From Candidatus Kerfeldbacteria bacterium (GTDB taxonomy: Bacteria; Patescibacteriota; Patescibacteriia; SBBC01; CAIJZX01), in assembly GCA_963731735.1 (NCBI GenBank), contig CAVSWO010000002.1, forward strand, positions 334,106 to 398,105: a stretch of DNA of 64,000 nt. Reading direction: 5' to 3'. A program made the position numbers and the translations under genes. The notes under the pieces were generated by a model, which saw only the letters and a list, made by a program, of their open reading frames with translations, was not told the DNA's origin and ran no database searches. Below are positions 10,845 through 20,153 of the stretch, piece by piece. The stretch's first letter is position 1. Each line of letters starts with the position of its first letter.

Positions 10845-11156
10845 TTATTGCGAAAAAATTGACGTTATTGCCTTGGTTTCGCTGGGAAGTGTTACCGACG
10901 GCAGGGTTGAGGAAGCAGAATTGATCGGCAACGAAAGCGTATAAGTGGCCGACCAATCAACCGGTGCCAGGAACAGCGCGGTAGTCAGGATAATGCCGAC
11001 CACCAGTGCGATCACCACAAAGTTAACGGTCATGGTTAATCCATCATTTCGTCCAAATCGGAAGCCGTGGTAAATATTGGCGCTTAACATGACCAATAAA
11101 ATAATAAATAACGCGCCAAAAATTCCGAGGAGAAGGGTGGCGGGTATACTCAGCAT
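10845..11156 (-). CDS. Hypothetical 2-TM membrane protein
   Basis: Tightly packed between ruvB and the PH-domain gene; two hydrophobic helices. Confidence 0.6.
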   Translation of the reverse strand: MLSIPATLLLGIFGALFIILLVMLSANIYHGFRFGRNDGLTMTVNFVVIALVVGIILTTALFLAPVDWSATYTLSLPINSASSTLPSVTLPSETKAITSIFSQ

Positions 11157-11170
11157 AGATAGCGAACGAA

Positions 11171-12202
11171 TTACAGCGGCAGCGCGGCCGGGTGTTCAGG
11201 TTCGGGTAACCCGAGGTGGCGGTAGGCGGCGGCGGTGGCCACCCGCCCCCGGGGCGTCCGGGCCAAAAATCCCAGCTGGAGTAAAAAGGGTTCGTAAATA
11301 TCTTCAACGGTCGCCACTTCTTCGGCCACCGCCGCCGCGATCGTTGTCAGCCCAACCGGTCCACCCTGAAATTTTTCAATAATCTGCTGCAGAATTTTTC
11401 GATCAACCTGATCGAGTCCGAGGGGGTCGATCTCGAGTTGGTCAAGTGCCTCGGTCGCGATCGCGGCCGTAATCCGACCGTCGCCATGTACTTCAGCATA
11501 GTCGCGGACGCGTTTCAGCAGGCGGTTGGCGATCCGCGGAGTCCGACGCGAACGGGCAGCTATAATTTCGGCTGCGGCTTGATCAATCGGGATTTTAAGG
11601 ATACCGGCCGCCCGCCGGATAATGGCCACCAGTTCTTTGGGTTCATAAAATTCTAAGCGGAAGGTGTTTCCAAAACGATCACGCAGCGGCGAGGAAATTA
11701 GACTCATCCGGGTGGTCGCGCCCACTAGGGTGAACCGGGGTAAGTCTAAACGAACGGTTCGGGCGGCCGGTCCCTTGCCAATCACGATATCGAGTTGAAA
11801 GTCTTCCATGGCTGGATACAACACCTCTTCAATTGTGCGGTTGAGTCGGTGAATTTCGTCAATAAAAAGAATACTGCCCGGTTCCAGGTTAGAAAGAATA
11901 GCCGCCAAATCACCGGCTCGTTCAATCGCCGGACCGGAGGTGATGCGCAATCCCACGCCCATCTCTTTGGCTAAGATGTGCGCCAAAGTGGTTTTTCCAA
12001 GGCCCGGGGCACCGTGCAATAAAACATGCTCCAAGGCTTGTTGTCGCTGTTTCGCGGCCTGGAGAAAAACATGGAGGTTTTGCTTGATTTGCTGCTGCCC
12101 AACATATTCCTCGAGGGTACCGGGGCGCAGCGTGGTCTCAAAATCAGCATCATCGGATTTCTCCTGTGAGGCTATAATGCGTTCATCGGTATCCTGCAGC
12201 AT
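11171..12202 (-). CDS. ruvB: Holliday junction branch migration helicase RuvB
   Basis: [44 protein letters not shown]. Confidence 0.98.
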   Translation of the reverse strand: MLQDTDERIIASQEKSDDADFETTLRPGTLEEYVGQQQIKQNLHVFLQAAKQRQQALEHVLLHGAPGLGKTTLAHILAKEMGVGLRITSGPAIERAGDLAAILSNLEPGSILFIDEIHRLNRTIEEVLYPAMEDFQLDIVIGKGPAARTVRLDLPRFTLVGATTRMSLISSPLRDRFGNTFRLEFYEPKELVAIIRRAAGILKIPIDQAAAEIIAARSRRTPRIANRLLKRVRDYAEVHGDGRITAAIATEALDQLEIDPLGLDQVDRKILQQIIEKFQGGPVGLTTIAAAVAEEVATVEDIYEPFLLQLGFLARTPRGRVATAAAYRHLGLPEPEHPAALPL

Positions 12203-12255
12203 AGGCTAAGAATACCATTTTTTGGCTAATTTTCAAGGGCTTTTTGAGCCGAGAC

Positions 12256-12284
12256 TTGACAATTCTGGCCAGGCATGCTAGCCT
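12256..12284 (+). promoter_or_regulatory. Sigma70 promoter driving a structured leader and a small membrane protein
   Basis: TTGACA, 17-bp spacer, TAGCCT with extended TG. Confidence 0.65.
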
Positions 12285-12295
12285 GACGAGTCGCA

Positions 12296-12495
12296 AACAA
12301 AAAGCCATTCCTCGATCTTTTCTAGATTCGCTGGCTTTGTGTCGATAATTCTGTGGGCACGACAAGCACGGAGGTTAAGCCGTGGATGGACTGGGTCTCG
12401 TACCTCGTCCTCCCCATCGCATAACCTTCTTGCCCACAGTATCATCGACGGAATGTCGAGTCGTGATGGAGGGCCAGGGATGGATCCCTGGCGAT
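12296..12495 (+). ncRNA. Candidate structured leader RNA (multi-stem junction with pseudoknot), family not recognised
   Basis: CTGTGGGCA/TGCCCACAG, CACGG/CCGTG and GATGG/CCATC stems; loop AGGTTA is complementary to TAACCT. Confidence 0.45.
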
Positions 12496-12522
12496 GTTTG
12501 GTTCTTTCACAAGGAGGGATTG

Positions 12523-12765
12523 ATGCGCAAGCTGATGCTCGAAATCGTTACGGAGCAGCTCAAGGATGAAGAGCTGCACCCGGTTCGGCGCTGGATTGCC
12601 CGGCACGCAGTTGCCTGGATGACCGTCGGCTGTCTGCTCGGTCTGCTGAGCATTCCGCTCGAGGGTGAAGGTCCGATCTTCGTGCCGGGCGCGCTGCTGG
12701 CGGCCATCATCTTCGTGATCGGCTTCGTGCATGCCAAATCACCGAAATACACCAAGGGCTGGTAA
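12523..12765 (+). CDS. Small 2-TM hypothetical protein (80 aa)
   Basis: AAGGAGG RBS before ATG 12523; two hydrophobic helices; terminator follows. Confidence 0.6.
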   Translation: MRKLMLEIVTEQLKDEELHPVRRWIARHAVAWMTVGCLLGLLSIPLEGEGPIFVPGALLAAIIFVIGFVHAKSPKYTKGW

Positions 12766-12780
12766 TCCCGGTCCGGCTAC

Positions 12781-12817
12781 AAAGCCCCTCTCAAATTTTG
12801 AGCGGGGCTGTTTTTTT
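12781..12817. terminator. Intrinsic terminator
   Basis: AGCCCCTCTCAAA/TTTGAGCGGGGCT hairpin followed by a T-run. Confidence 0.65.
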
Positions 12818-14657
12818 AACTTTCGGTCGTGGTGGATTTACCGACCCGACAAATCTTTGGCAGGGCCCGGTAGTGGCTGGTGAAGGTCTGGGCGGCTGAG
12901 GTGCCGTCGGCCTGCGTGACTGTATAGGTAACCGTCGCGTCCGCGCCCGGATGCCCGTTTTGACATTCTTCCTGACCGGGCGCCAGATCGGTTGTTTCAT
13001 GGGTTTCGGTGGGTGGAATCGGCGTACGGTTATAAACCGTTGGGGTCGGGAGGTCGACGCTGCGGCCATCTTTCGTGCCATAAAAACTGAAAATTAATTT
13101 GGTGCCCTCAATCCGAGTTTGAAGCAGCAGGGCGGTACTATAGTCATTGGTAAAGCGCAGGTCCGGTTTCGGTTCGTAAATAGTCGCGTCTAAACCAACC
13201 GGCGGCTCATAATAACTCACCCGCAAGCTGTGGTTACGGCGCTCAACAATTGGCAAACCGGTATTCAGGGCCGCCCGGAACAGTGTGGTAGCCACTTGGC
13301 ACAAGCCCCCACCAAATTCCGGCGTGATTTCACTTCCCTTGATCACGAGTTCCGGTTTCCAACCATGCGCCTGATCAATATGCCCGAGCGCGTTCACGAG
13401 CGAAAATGTTTCACCGGGCTGGAGAATCAGACCGTGGATTTTTTGCGCCCCGAGTTTAATATTGTAGACGCGGTTGGCCGGACTACCGCGAAAATCGGTG
13501 GAGCCTTCGGCCACCAGTTCGCGAATACCGAGATCATTAGTGGATGTGGTGTCCGTCAGCGGGTGTAGGGCTTGAACGACGACAGCCACGGGTTCAGTTG
13601 CGTGGGTGGTCAGGTGCGCCTGAATGGCTTGGGCGGTTGCCAGAGTATTCAATTCCTGTCCGACCACGCTGGTTTGGAATTCTTCAACCCGACCGTCAAC
13701 TACATTAAACTTTGCGTCGCGGGGGGCCACATCGATCGCGTCACTTAAGATCTGGAGCCAGTCGGAAGTTTTTTGCAGATCAATGCCAACACTCGTAGTC
13801 TGGCCGTTCTGCACGAAGCCGACCAGGTCGGCCAGCTGCGGTCGGTCAATTGTCCAAGTTTGGTCATCGAGGGTCAGGGTGATTGGCGCCTGAGCTAAGA
13901 CAGTGGGCACTTGGGTGTTGGCCAAGGTTTGCAGGCTGGGTTGGTCGACGATCTCGGGTTGGACGGGCGTGGTGGTGATGGCGATGGGGGTCGGGTTAAA
14001 GGCTTGAAGTTGCAGGGTGGCTTGCCGAATTGCGGCATCATAATCAACCGCCGTGCCGGGCTGACTCGGTTGCACGGTTGGGACTTCATTGGCATCGAGG
14101 GCGATGGTAGCGTTCACCGGCTCCACCGCCAGATTTTGAAAGTCTTTGGTCAGCGCATCGCGTAAGCCACTTGAGGACAGGGCAAAGGCATGGAGGTGGT
14201 GTGTTTGCCCGATATACCCTAAGACTCGTTGCCACACTTGCTGCCAGAGCGGTCCGGAATGACCGTAATCATAGGCCGCATTGCCCGCGGCTTGAGCGTC
14301 AAATGTGGCCAGGGCAAACACCACCTCTTGATCGTCGCCGCTGGAGCTTGGACTGGCGATCGGGATGGTGGCCTGCTGATCTCCGGCCGTAAAAATGAAG
14401 GCGTTGGTCTTGAATGCCTGCCAATGATTCTCGAGGGTGGTAATTGCGTCCAGGGTTTTCAGGCCACCGACCGAATAGTATCCAACCGAAACATTCCGCA
14501 CGATGGTTTGTTGCTGGCTTGCATATGCTAGGCCGGTTAACGAACCAATTCCAAGTAAAACCGCTGCCACTAGGACGGTCGTGATTATCAGGGCCCGATG
14601 TGCTGTCGGGTTAGTGTTTGAGGTGTTGGTTGAGGAGGTCGATTTTTTCTCGTTCAT
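12816..14657 (-). CDS. VanW family protein with peptidoglycan-binding repeats
   Basis: N-terminal TM; R..NI, PGETFS, GGGLCQVATTLFRA, ERRNHS, GLDATIY..DLRF.N. Confidence 0.9.
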   Translation of the reverse strand: MNEKKSTSSTNTSNTNPTAHRALIITTVLVAAVLLGIGSLTGLAYASQQQTIVRNVSVGYYSVGGLKTLDAITTLENHWQAFKTNAFIFTAGDQQATIPIASPSSSGDDQEVVFALATFDAQAAGNAAYDYGHSGPLWQQVWQRVLGYIGQTHHLHAFALSSSGLRDALTKDFQNLAVEPVNATIALDANEVPTVQPSQPGTAVDYDAAIRQATLQLQAFNPTPIAITTTPVQPEIVDQPSLQTLANTQVPTVLAQAPITLTLDDQTWTIDRPQLADLVGFVQNGQTTSVGIDLQKTSDWLQILSDAIDVAPRDAKFNVVDGRVEEFQTSVVGQELNTLATAQAIQAHLTTHATEPVAVVVQALHPLTDTTSTNDLGIRELVAEGSTDFRGSPANRVYNIKLGAQKIHGLILQPGETFSLVNALGHIDQAHGWKPELVIKGSEITPEFGGGLCQVATTLFRAALNTGLPIVERRNHSLRVSYYEPPVGLDATIYEPKPDLRFTNDYSTALLLQTRIEGTKLIFSFYGTKDGRSVDLPTPTVYNRTPIPPTETHETTDLAPGQEECQNGHPGADATVTYTVTQADGTSAAQTFTSHYRALPKICRVGKSTTTES

Positions 14658-14799
14658 CGAGTTGGTGGGTCAGCGACAATTCCCAGGCTTGTCCGGCGAC
14701 CGGACGTGGAGAGAAGGCGTCCGTCGGAAGTTCGATTTGTTCTTCTCCGGCCTGGACAACTGTGCGGGTCGGGTGCACAGACACAACGGTGATTGTCAT
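14611..14799 (-). CDS. Small hypothetical protein (62 aa)
   Basis: ATGA overlap with the hsp20 stop; natural globular composition. Confidence 0.5.
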   Translation of the reverse strand: MTITVVSVHPTRTVVQAGEEQIELPTDAFSPRPVAGQAWELSLTHQLDEREKIDLLNQHLKH

Positions 14800-15257
14800 G
14801 CCTCTTCCTCTTCCGTAATGGTGATAGTTGGTTCGGCCGGTCGTTCAATCTTCGGGAGCATCACGCGCAAAATACCGGCTTTGATGTTGGCGGTGACATT
14901 ATTGGCATCAACGTCAACCGGCAATATAATCGTCCGGGAAAATCCACCCCAGTAGCATTCCTGATAGAGAAAGGTTCCGATTGATCCCTGATCGTCTACC
15001 CGGCGTATACCCTTAATAGTCACCACATCATCATTCACCGTAATATCTAGGTCTTCCGCCCGAACACCGGCGATAGCGGCGCGAATCACAATGTTGTTGG
15101 CGGTGTCTTCATAGACATCAACCGCCAGTTGTCCGGAGTAGTCTGCTTCGGACCAGGTATTTGCCTCGCGTGCTTCATCGGCCGCGGCCGCGAGCTCAGC
15201 CACATAATCTTTGGCCTCGGCGACGTCCGGTGATGGTGTTTTTTCTTTCTTTGGCAT
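14796..15257 (-). CDS. Small heat shock protein (Hsp20/alpha-crystallin)
   Basis: GQLAVDVYE, AGV..EDLDI, ECYWG.FSRTIILP, A..K.GIL.V.LPK. Confidence 0.93.
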   Translation of the reverse strand: MPKKEKTPSPDVAEAKDYVAELAAAADEAREANTWSEADYSGQLAVDVYEDTANNIVIRAAIAGVRAEDLDITVNDDVVTIKGIRRVDDQGSIGTFLYQECYWGGFSRTIILPVDVDANNVTANIKAGILRVMLPKIERPAEPTITITEEEEA

Positions 15258-15374
15258 AGCCCGTTAGAAATCTACTTAGGTAGTAAGTATCGCTCCTTAA
15301 TGTCCGGCCCGCATTGAAAGGAAATTTCTAACGGGCTATGCGCGCAGAATAGCATAAATCGGCGCCGTTCTCAA
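15254..15374 (-). promoter_or_regulatory. hsp20 promoter and 5'UTR with an 18-bp stem sequestering the AUG (RNA-thermometer candidate)
   Basis: Minus strand TTGAGA-17-TATTCT; perfect inverted repeat 15254-15271/15324-15341 includes the start codon. Confidence 0.6.
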
Positions 15375-15424
15375 GTGATTGGGCAAAAATGTTTGGTAGG
15401 GGCTAGTGGAGGTTATCAGAACTA

Positions 15425-15946
15425 CTATCCTTGCCTCTGTAAGTAAGACGCTCGATCAAGCAGGGTTTTCGTACTCTGAACCCGATCAATAAAAAGTGTG
15501 CCTTCTAAATGATCATATTCGTGCTGAATGATCCGGGCCAACAAACCTTTGGCTTTGATATGAAACCATTCGCCTTTTTGATCTTGTGCCTTTACTTCAA
15601 TTGCACTGGGGCGCTTTACCTTGCCGAATAGATCCGCATGGGCAACGCTCCCACAGCCCTCATACCCATCCGTTTGAATTCTCGATTTACGGATAATGAC
15701 TGGATTAATGAAAACTATCTCTCCTTCTTGGCCTTTTTGAGTTCGAAATCTCGTAGATCGAGGATATGCGATAAAAATACACAAACCAACGCCAATCTGC
15801 GGTGCGGCAATACCAACTAAAGCTTCCCGACGCATGGCTAGGTTTAGTCGATTGAGAAGTCTTTTTGTTATAGCACTTTTTGGATTACGAACCTTTTTCG
15901 CCTTTGAGCGAATTATCCTCTCTCCGATTTGAGATATCTTTTCCAT
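15425..15946 (-). CDS. def: Peptide deformylase (accessory copy)
   Basis: GIAAPQIG, EGCGS (variant of EGCLS), QHEYDHLEG motifs. Confidence 0.9.
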   Translation of the reverse strand: MEKISQIGERIIRSKAKKVRNPKSAITKRLLNRLNLAMRREALVGIAAPQIGVGLCIFIAYPRSTRFRTQKGQEGEIVFINPVIIRKSRIQTDGYEGCGSVAHADLFGKVKRPSAIEVKAQDQKGEWFHIKAKGLLARIIQHEYDHLEGTLFIDRVQSTKTLLDRASYLQRQG

Positions 15947-15950
15947 CAAA

Positions 15951-16256
15951 TTACCGATCTTTTTTGACTTGTCTTTTAGCAATGGCCCCAGCAAACAATC
16001 TTATTGCCGATCGTTTCTCTTTGCTGTAAATAATTGGCACACCAATCAATTGTTTACATCCTGAACAAACGAGTTTAGCGCCCTCACGAATTTCTCCTTT
16101 AGAGTCAGTGATTCGGTCGGTATACAGTCGTTTCAAAAGACCTGGTCCGTCTTTTTGATAGAAGCAAAGAAATTGATTGCACGATTCGCAATACAATTTT
16201 AGCAAACGGGACTTTCCTCCCCTACTGCGCCTAAATTTGTCAGATTTGAGCTTCAC
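15951..16256 (-). CDS. Hypothetical basic protein with two CxxC pairs (zinc ribbon-like)
   Basis: CESC and CSGC; YQKDGPG.LKRLY.DRI; GTGA overlap with the upstream gene. Confidence 0.65.
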   Translation of the reverse strand: MKLKSDKFRRSRGGKSRLLKLYCESCNQFLCFYQKDGPGLLKRLYTDRITDSKGEIREGAKLVCSGCKQLIGVPIIYSKEKRSAIRLFAGAIAKRQVKKDR

Positions 16257-16687
16257 TTTAATGTATCTACAAATGCTTTGATAGTTGGGGAGAAGTGTTG
16301 GAAAATCATATACAAACTTTCGGCTTCTTTTTGCTCTCCTATGACTGACAAATCTTTTCCGAGACCATATGCGACGCCAGCCTCGATGTGGGCTGATTTT
16401 CCGGCTGGCAGTAACAAAATGACGTGTTTGGAATTCTTCAAGGCCTCCATATCTACGTCAAAAACCCTTTTTACCTCTGGGTCAGTTTGCCAGTTCGGGA
16501 TGTTTTCGAATTGCTCCATAAAGACTTCGGGGTCGTGGTTTGGATCGATCGTTTTCAATTGGTACCCTTTCCCATCACCCTCTAAAAAACTATATACAGT
16601 TTTCCCTTTCTGACGAATCTGCTGGACGAGTTCCTTTACTTGATCCTTATTTCTCCAACGTGAAGCTACAAAATAGTCGTATTCCAT
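16253..16687 (-). CDS. Nucleoside 2-deoxyribosyltransferase-like protein
   Basis: YFVAS, F..D...L, LLPAGKSAHIEAG.A.GLGK pattern. Confidence 0.65.
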   Translation of the reverse strand: MEYDYFVASRWRNKDQVKELVQQIRQKGKTVYSFLEGDGKGYQLKTIDPNHDPEVFMEQFENIPNWQTDPEVKRVFDVDMEALKNSKHVILLLPAGKSAHIEAGVAYGLGKDLSVIGEQKEAESLYMIFQHFSPTIKAFVDTLK

Positions 16688-16761
16688 AAAAAAAGTATAC
16701 CACGGTTCTAACCTAAGGTTGCCCTATCACGATAGGGTCTGTAAACATTGATGAAATCCTT

Positions 16762-16954
16762 TGGCAGCCCCACGGGGAATCCTCCTCCTTCGCGGCTCGC
16801 GACCGTGCGCGGTTCCCGCTCGCCACTCACCCGGAGCCGGGGTTCCTCATCGAGCGCCACCGGCGCTCGCTTCGGATACCCTTCGATTCGCTGTGTAACT
16901 AATCCGGCGACTCGCCGCCACTGGCGTGACGACAACTCGCCGGATTGGCAGCCC
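16762..16954 (-). repeat. tRNA-Glu 3'-end duplications (att-like scar) flanking a GC-rich palindromic spacer
   Basis: TGGCAGCCCCACGGGGAATC (16762-16781) matches tRNA 24974-24993 at 19/20. TGGCAGCCC recurs at 16946-16954. 10-bp stem 16901-16910/16937-16946. Confidence 0.8.
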
Positions 16955-16996
16955 TAACTATAAATTGTTGGAACCGGGTAGTTGAGGAGCTGTCAG

Positions 16997-17626
16997 CTAT
17001 ACCAGCACCATCCACAAAGTTCCGGCCAGCACGGGTACAGTGACATTATCAAACCCAAGCGGGGTATACCGTTCTGTAAGGGTAAGGATTGGCGGTGCAA
17101 CGATTGCCGCAATCCATGACCCATGCGCAGACGGTACAAGTACGAACCCAATCCCGATGAGTAATGAAACGCTTAAAAAAACTATCGAACCACGTATCCC
17201 TTCCCACCAGGGCCGCTGTGGGAGTATTCGCTTGTTTTTCCCAAATAATGCGGCTAAAGAATCAGAAAAGGTTAACACCAGTATTCCGTACACGAAGGCA
17301 GACATGTGGTTTGGGAGAGTTAAGGCAGCTGTGGCGGCAACACCAATCGGAAAAGCCATTGCACCGTGCGTTTGGCGGACGACTTGATGAATGCCCCCAA
17401 ACCACTGTTTTCGCTTTGTAATCACAAGAACTGCCGTGAAACCACTCGCAATGATGTAAATACCGATGCGATCTACGAGTAACGGCAGAAAAAGAGTGAA
17501 CACTCCGCTGAGAACGTGCGCGAGGCGCCTAGTGCCTTCGGCTTGAAAAATTCGTTTCGAATACAGTAACTGGGAGATACCTAAAATAATTAGATATACA
17601 CCCGCGGACATAGCTAGATTGATCAT
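16997..17626 (-). CDS. CTP-dependent polyprenol/phytol/dolichol kinase-like membrane protein (SEC59/DGK1/VTE5 family)
   Basis: RRLAH, SDSLAALFG, GS..F, DN.TVP motifs; multi-TM. Confidence 0.75.
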   Translation of the reverse strand: MINLAMSAGVYLIILGISQLLYSKRIFQAEGTRRLAHVLSGVFTLFLPLLVDRIGIYIIASGFTAVLVITKRKQWFGGIHQVVRQTHGAMAFPIGVAATAALTLPNHMSAFVYGILVLTFSDSLAALFGKNKRILPQRPWWEGIRGSIVFLSVSLLIGIGFVLVPSAHGSWIAAIVAPPILTLTERYTPLGFDNVTVPVLAGTLWMVLV

Positions 17627-18540
17627 AAGAGTTTTGAAAATACCGCAAATGACCGTATCGATTCTACGCCTGGATATGGCATTGCATTAACATTATTTCC
17701 TGTCCGGACAAGCAGGTACTCCACGCTGGTAATGCCATTCTGGAGCGCATCCTGATGAGCTTTACACGCAAGGGCGATGGCAAGATGTTTGCGTTGATAG
17801 TCTGGTAACACAGCCACTGTTTTCATTAATAGAACTTCGTCTCGCTGTGGATCCCGTAATGTATACAGGTATCCGACTATGTGTGTCTCGTGTCGCGCAA
17901 CATATACGCTTGCGCGTGATTGTTTGATCATTGGAAGATACAAATATGCGAACTCATCCCATGATAAATCAACCAGTCCCTTTTCGCCCACAAAAGCCTC
18001 TCGGGAAATTGTATACAGCGCCTGCAATTCATTTGTTAAAACATCTATTGATGCACATTCGATGTCGAACCCATCGTGTTGGATTTGAGGAAGTACCGGT
18101 TCGATGAGTGATAAGAGTGTCGGAATGTCTGTACGACGAAAACTCTCGTACGTACGTAGGTGGTGGTAACCATGCAAGATAAGCGTGTTTGGATACCAGA
18201 ATGGGTTGCTTGGTTCAAGTGACGTCGGGGTCTCGCCGCTTATTTGAAATCGGTGACTGTGCCACATGGTGAAATCAACGGGCCCAACAACTTCCTGGCA
18301 ACCGAAGGATTTGAGCCAGGCTTCTGCGTCACGAAGGGACGATACATCTGCCTCCGGTGATGATGCCGAAAAATGACCAACGAAACCAATTTTGTTTTTG
18401 GACGCAGCAAGCCGCCGATCAATAAATGCAGTGAGATGGAATGACCCATCGCCTGAAGAAAATTCCTTCCACTGCCCAAACTGGTGCCAGGGGTTTTCTT
18501 TGGCAAGCCAGGATTGATACTGCTTTTCATGTGTAGTCAT
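17623..18540 (-). CDS. GNAT-family N-acyltransferase
   Basis: IGFVGHF, GPVDFTMWHSHRF, EP.NP.WYP, KTVAVLPDYQRKHLA acyl-CoA motif. Start at MTTHEK. Confidence 0.75.
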   Translation of the reverse strand: MTTHEKQYQSWLAKENPWHQFGQWKEFSSGDGSFHLTAFIDRRLAASKNKIGFVGHFSASSPEADVSSLRDAEAWLKSFGCQEVVGPVDFTMWHSHRFQISGETPTSLEPSNPFWYPNTLILHGYHHLRTYESFRRTDIPTLLSLIEPVLPQIQHDGFDIECASIDVLTNELQALYTISREAFVGEKGLVDLSWDEFAYLYLPMIKQSRASVYVARHETHIVGYLYTLRDPQRDEVLLMKTVAVLPDYQRKHLAIALACKAHQDALQNGITSVEYLLVRTGNNVNAMPYPGVESIRSFAVFSKLL

Positions 18541-18551
18541 AATCGCAAGAG

Positions 18552-20153
18552 TTAACGGAGAATTTTCACAACCCCGGTCGAAGCGTTGACCTCGAGCATT
18601 TGACCGGTTTGCACCTGCTGTGTGATGCCTGGTAACTGTACCACGCACGGGATACCGCATTCGCGTGAAACAATCGAGGCGTGCGAGAGAATACCTCCGT
18701 ATTCGACCGCGACACCGGAGACAAGACCGAACAGGGGTGTCCAACCAGGATCGGTGTGCCGAGCAACCAGAATGTCTCCCTTTTGAACCAATGATGCGTC
18801 AGGAAAATCGAGCACCACCGCACGTCCACGAATGGTACCGGGCGATGCGCCGATTCCTTTCCACGTGCTCGTACCTTGGCCCTTTTTGTGTCGGCTTAGG
18901 TCTTCCACAATTTTACCATCAACCTCAAAAAAACGATCGGGTGCGGGTGTGTATGCATATGCTGCGAATTGATTTTGTCGTTCCTGAATCTTCGTATGGA
19001 GTAGCTCTTTCGACATGGTTCCATCAATAATACGCGGTATTTCTTCAAGGGTACACCAAAAGATATCTTTTGAAGCCTTGAGTTGGTGGTGCCGTTTAAG
19101 ATCTTTGCCGATCGCTAAGAATAGAGTTCGAACTGCTGAAAAAACACGTGCACGAAGGAGGCGAGTTTGTTCACGATATGCAATGTGTCGTTCGATTCGA
19201 CTTTGAGAGTTGTGTTTGGAGGCTTGCTTGTCAGGACCAAAGTCAATTTTCTGAGAACTTATCGGCGAGCTATTTTTACCTGTATAGGCACGGATGAGGT
19301 TAAAGAGTACGCTTGGTTGATCCTGTAGCGGTGGGGTCTCGAGTTTGAGCTCATTGGGGAGTCGCGCCCCGTACGTTTTGAGGTATTGGCCAAATACTTT
19401 TCCTAAGTCTGAAGGTGGATTCGAGCAGAGATAATTCCATAATTCAACATCTCGTTTTTGTACCAGCAATGTATGGGCAGTCTGGTCATCGTGAATCGCC
19501 CCTTGGAGTTGTTGCAGTCCAGAATATTGACGCGGCAACGTTGTTTGCCATGTGAATCCGAGGAGAGAGCCGTCCTGTTTTTCCCCAACATACGTCATAA
19601 GGAGAAAATCATTGTCTGTGGTGATGTGCCACATAGGCAAAAGCGTATCCGCAAACCGATTGAATTCTACCCAGAGCTGTTCCGCTTCGCGTAAAGTGCT
19701 AGCTTTTTCATTCAAATCGCGCAATATTGTTTCAACCCGACGTTGGAATCGCTCAATATCCCTCCGAAAAAAAACGACCCGATAAAGAAGGACGAAAGGG
19801 TAGAAGAAACGGAACCACCAAGGGGCGTGAGTTTCACGGAGCAATGTTTGAACCTGTGGCACGGTCAGCATCCGCTCGAGATTACGGACATTTTTCCGAT
19901 AGCCAGGAAACAAAGACGCAAACCGGTACCAATTCAACATATGATAGTAGAGCCGGCCTGATCGCGCCCCGACGAGATTGGAAAAAACAGTATCGTATTG
20001 CTGGATAGTTCTCCAGGGCAATCCAGATGCATGCGCCATACCGCGGTATACCTCGCGATAGACTCGCATCGCGAATGATGTCGTCAGGGGAGTTGTTACT
20101 CCCGCATAGCTCTCGGAAATATTTGCGTTGTCCCAAAGAATTCGTTCATCCAT
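18552..20153 (-). CDS. Rifampicin-phosphotransferase/PEP-synthase-like protein: substrate-binding plus phospho-His swivel domains, no ATP-grasp
   Basis: Starts WDNANISESYAGVTTPLT; ends GIGASPG...ILVARHTDPGWTPLF...EYGGILSHASIVSRECGIP. Confidence 0.85.
   Translation of the reverse strand: MDERILWDNANISESYAGVTTPLTTSFAMRVYREVYRGMAHASGLPWRTIQQYDTVFSNLVGARSGRLYYHMLNWYRFASLFPGYRKNVRNLERMLTVPQVQTLLRETHAPWWFRFFYPFVLLYRVVFFRRDIERFQRRVETILRDLNEKASTLREAEQLWVEFNRFADTLLPMWHITTDNDFLLMTYVGEKQDGSLLGFTWQTTLPRQYSGLQQLQGAIHDDQTAHTLLVQKRDVELWNYLCSNPPSDLGKVFGQYLKTYGARLPNELKLETPPLQDQPSVLFNLIRAYTGKNSSPISSQKIDFGPDKQASKHNSQSRIERHIAYREQTRLLRARVFSAVRTLFLAIGKDLKRHHQLKASKDIFWCTLEEIPRIIDGTMSKELLHTKIQERQNQFAAYAYTPAPDRFFEVDGKIVEDLSRHKKGQGTSTWKGIGASPGTIRGRAVVLDFPDASLVQKGDILVARHTDPGWTPLFGLVSGVAVEYGGILSHASIVSRECGIPCVVQLPGITQQVQTGQMLEVNASTGVVKILR

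Noticed and set aside
15394-15410. TGGTAGGGGCTAGTGGA as another tRNA 3'-end att site
   Set aside because: Shares only TGGTAG with tRNA-Glu; too short to support.
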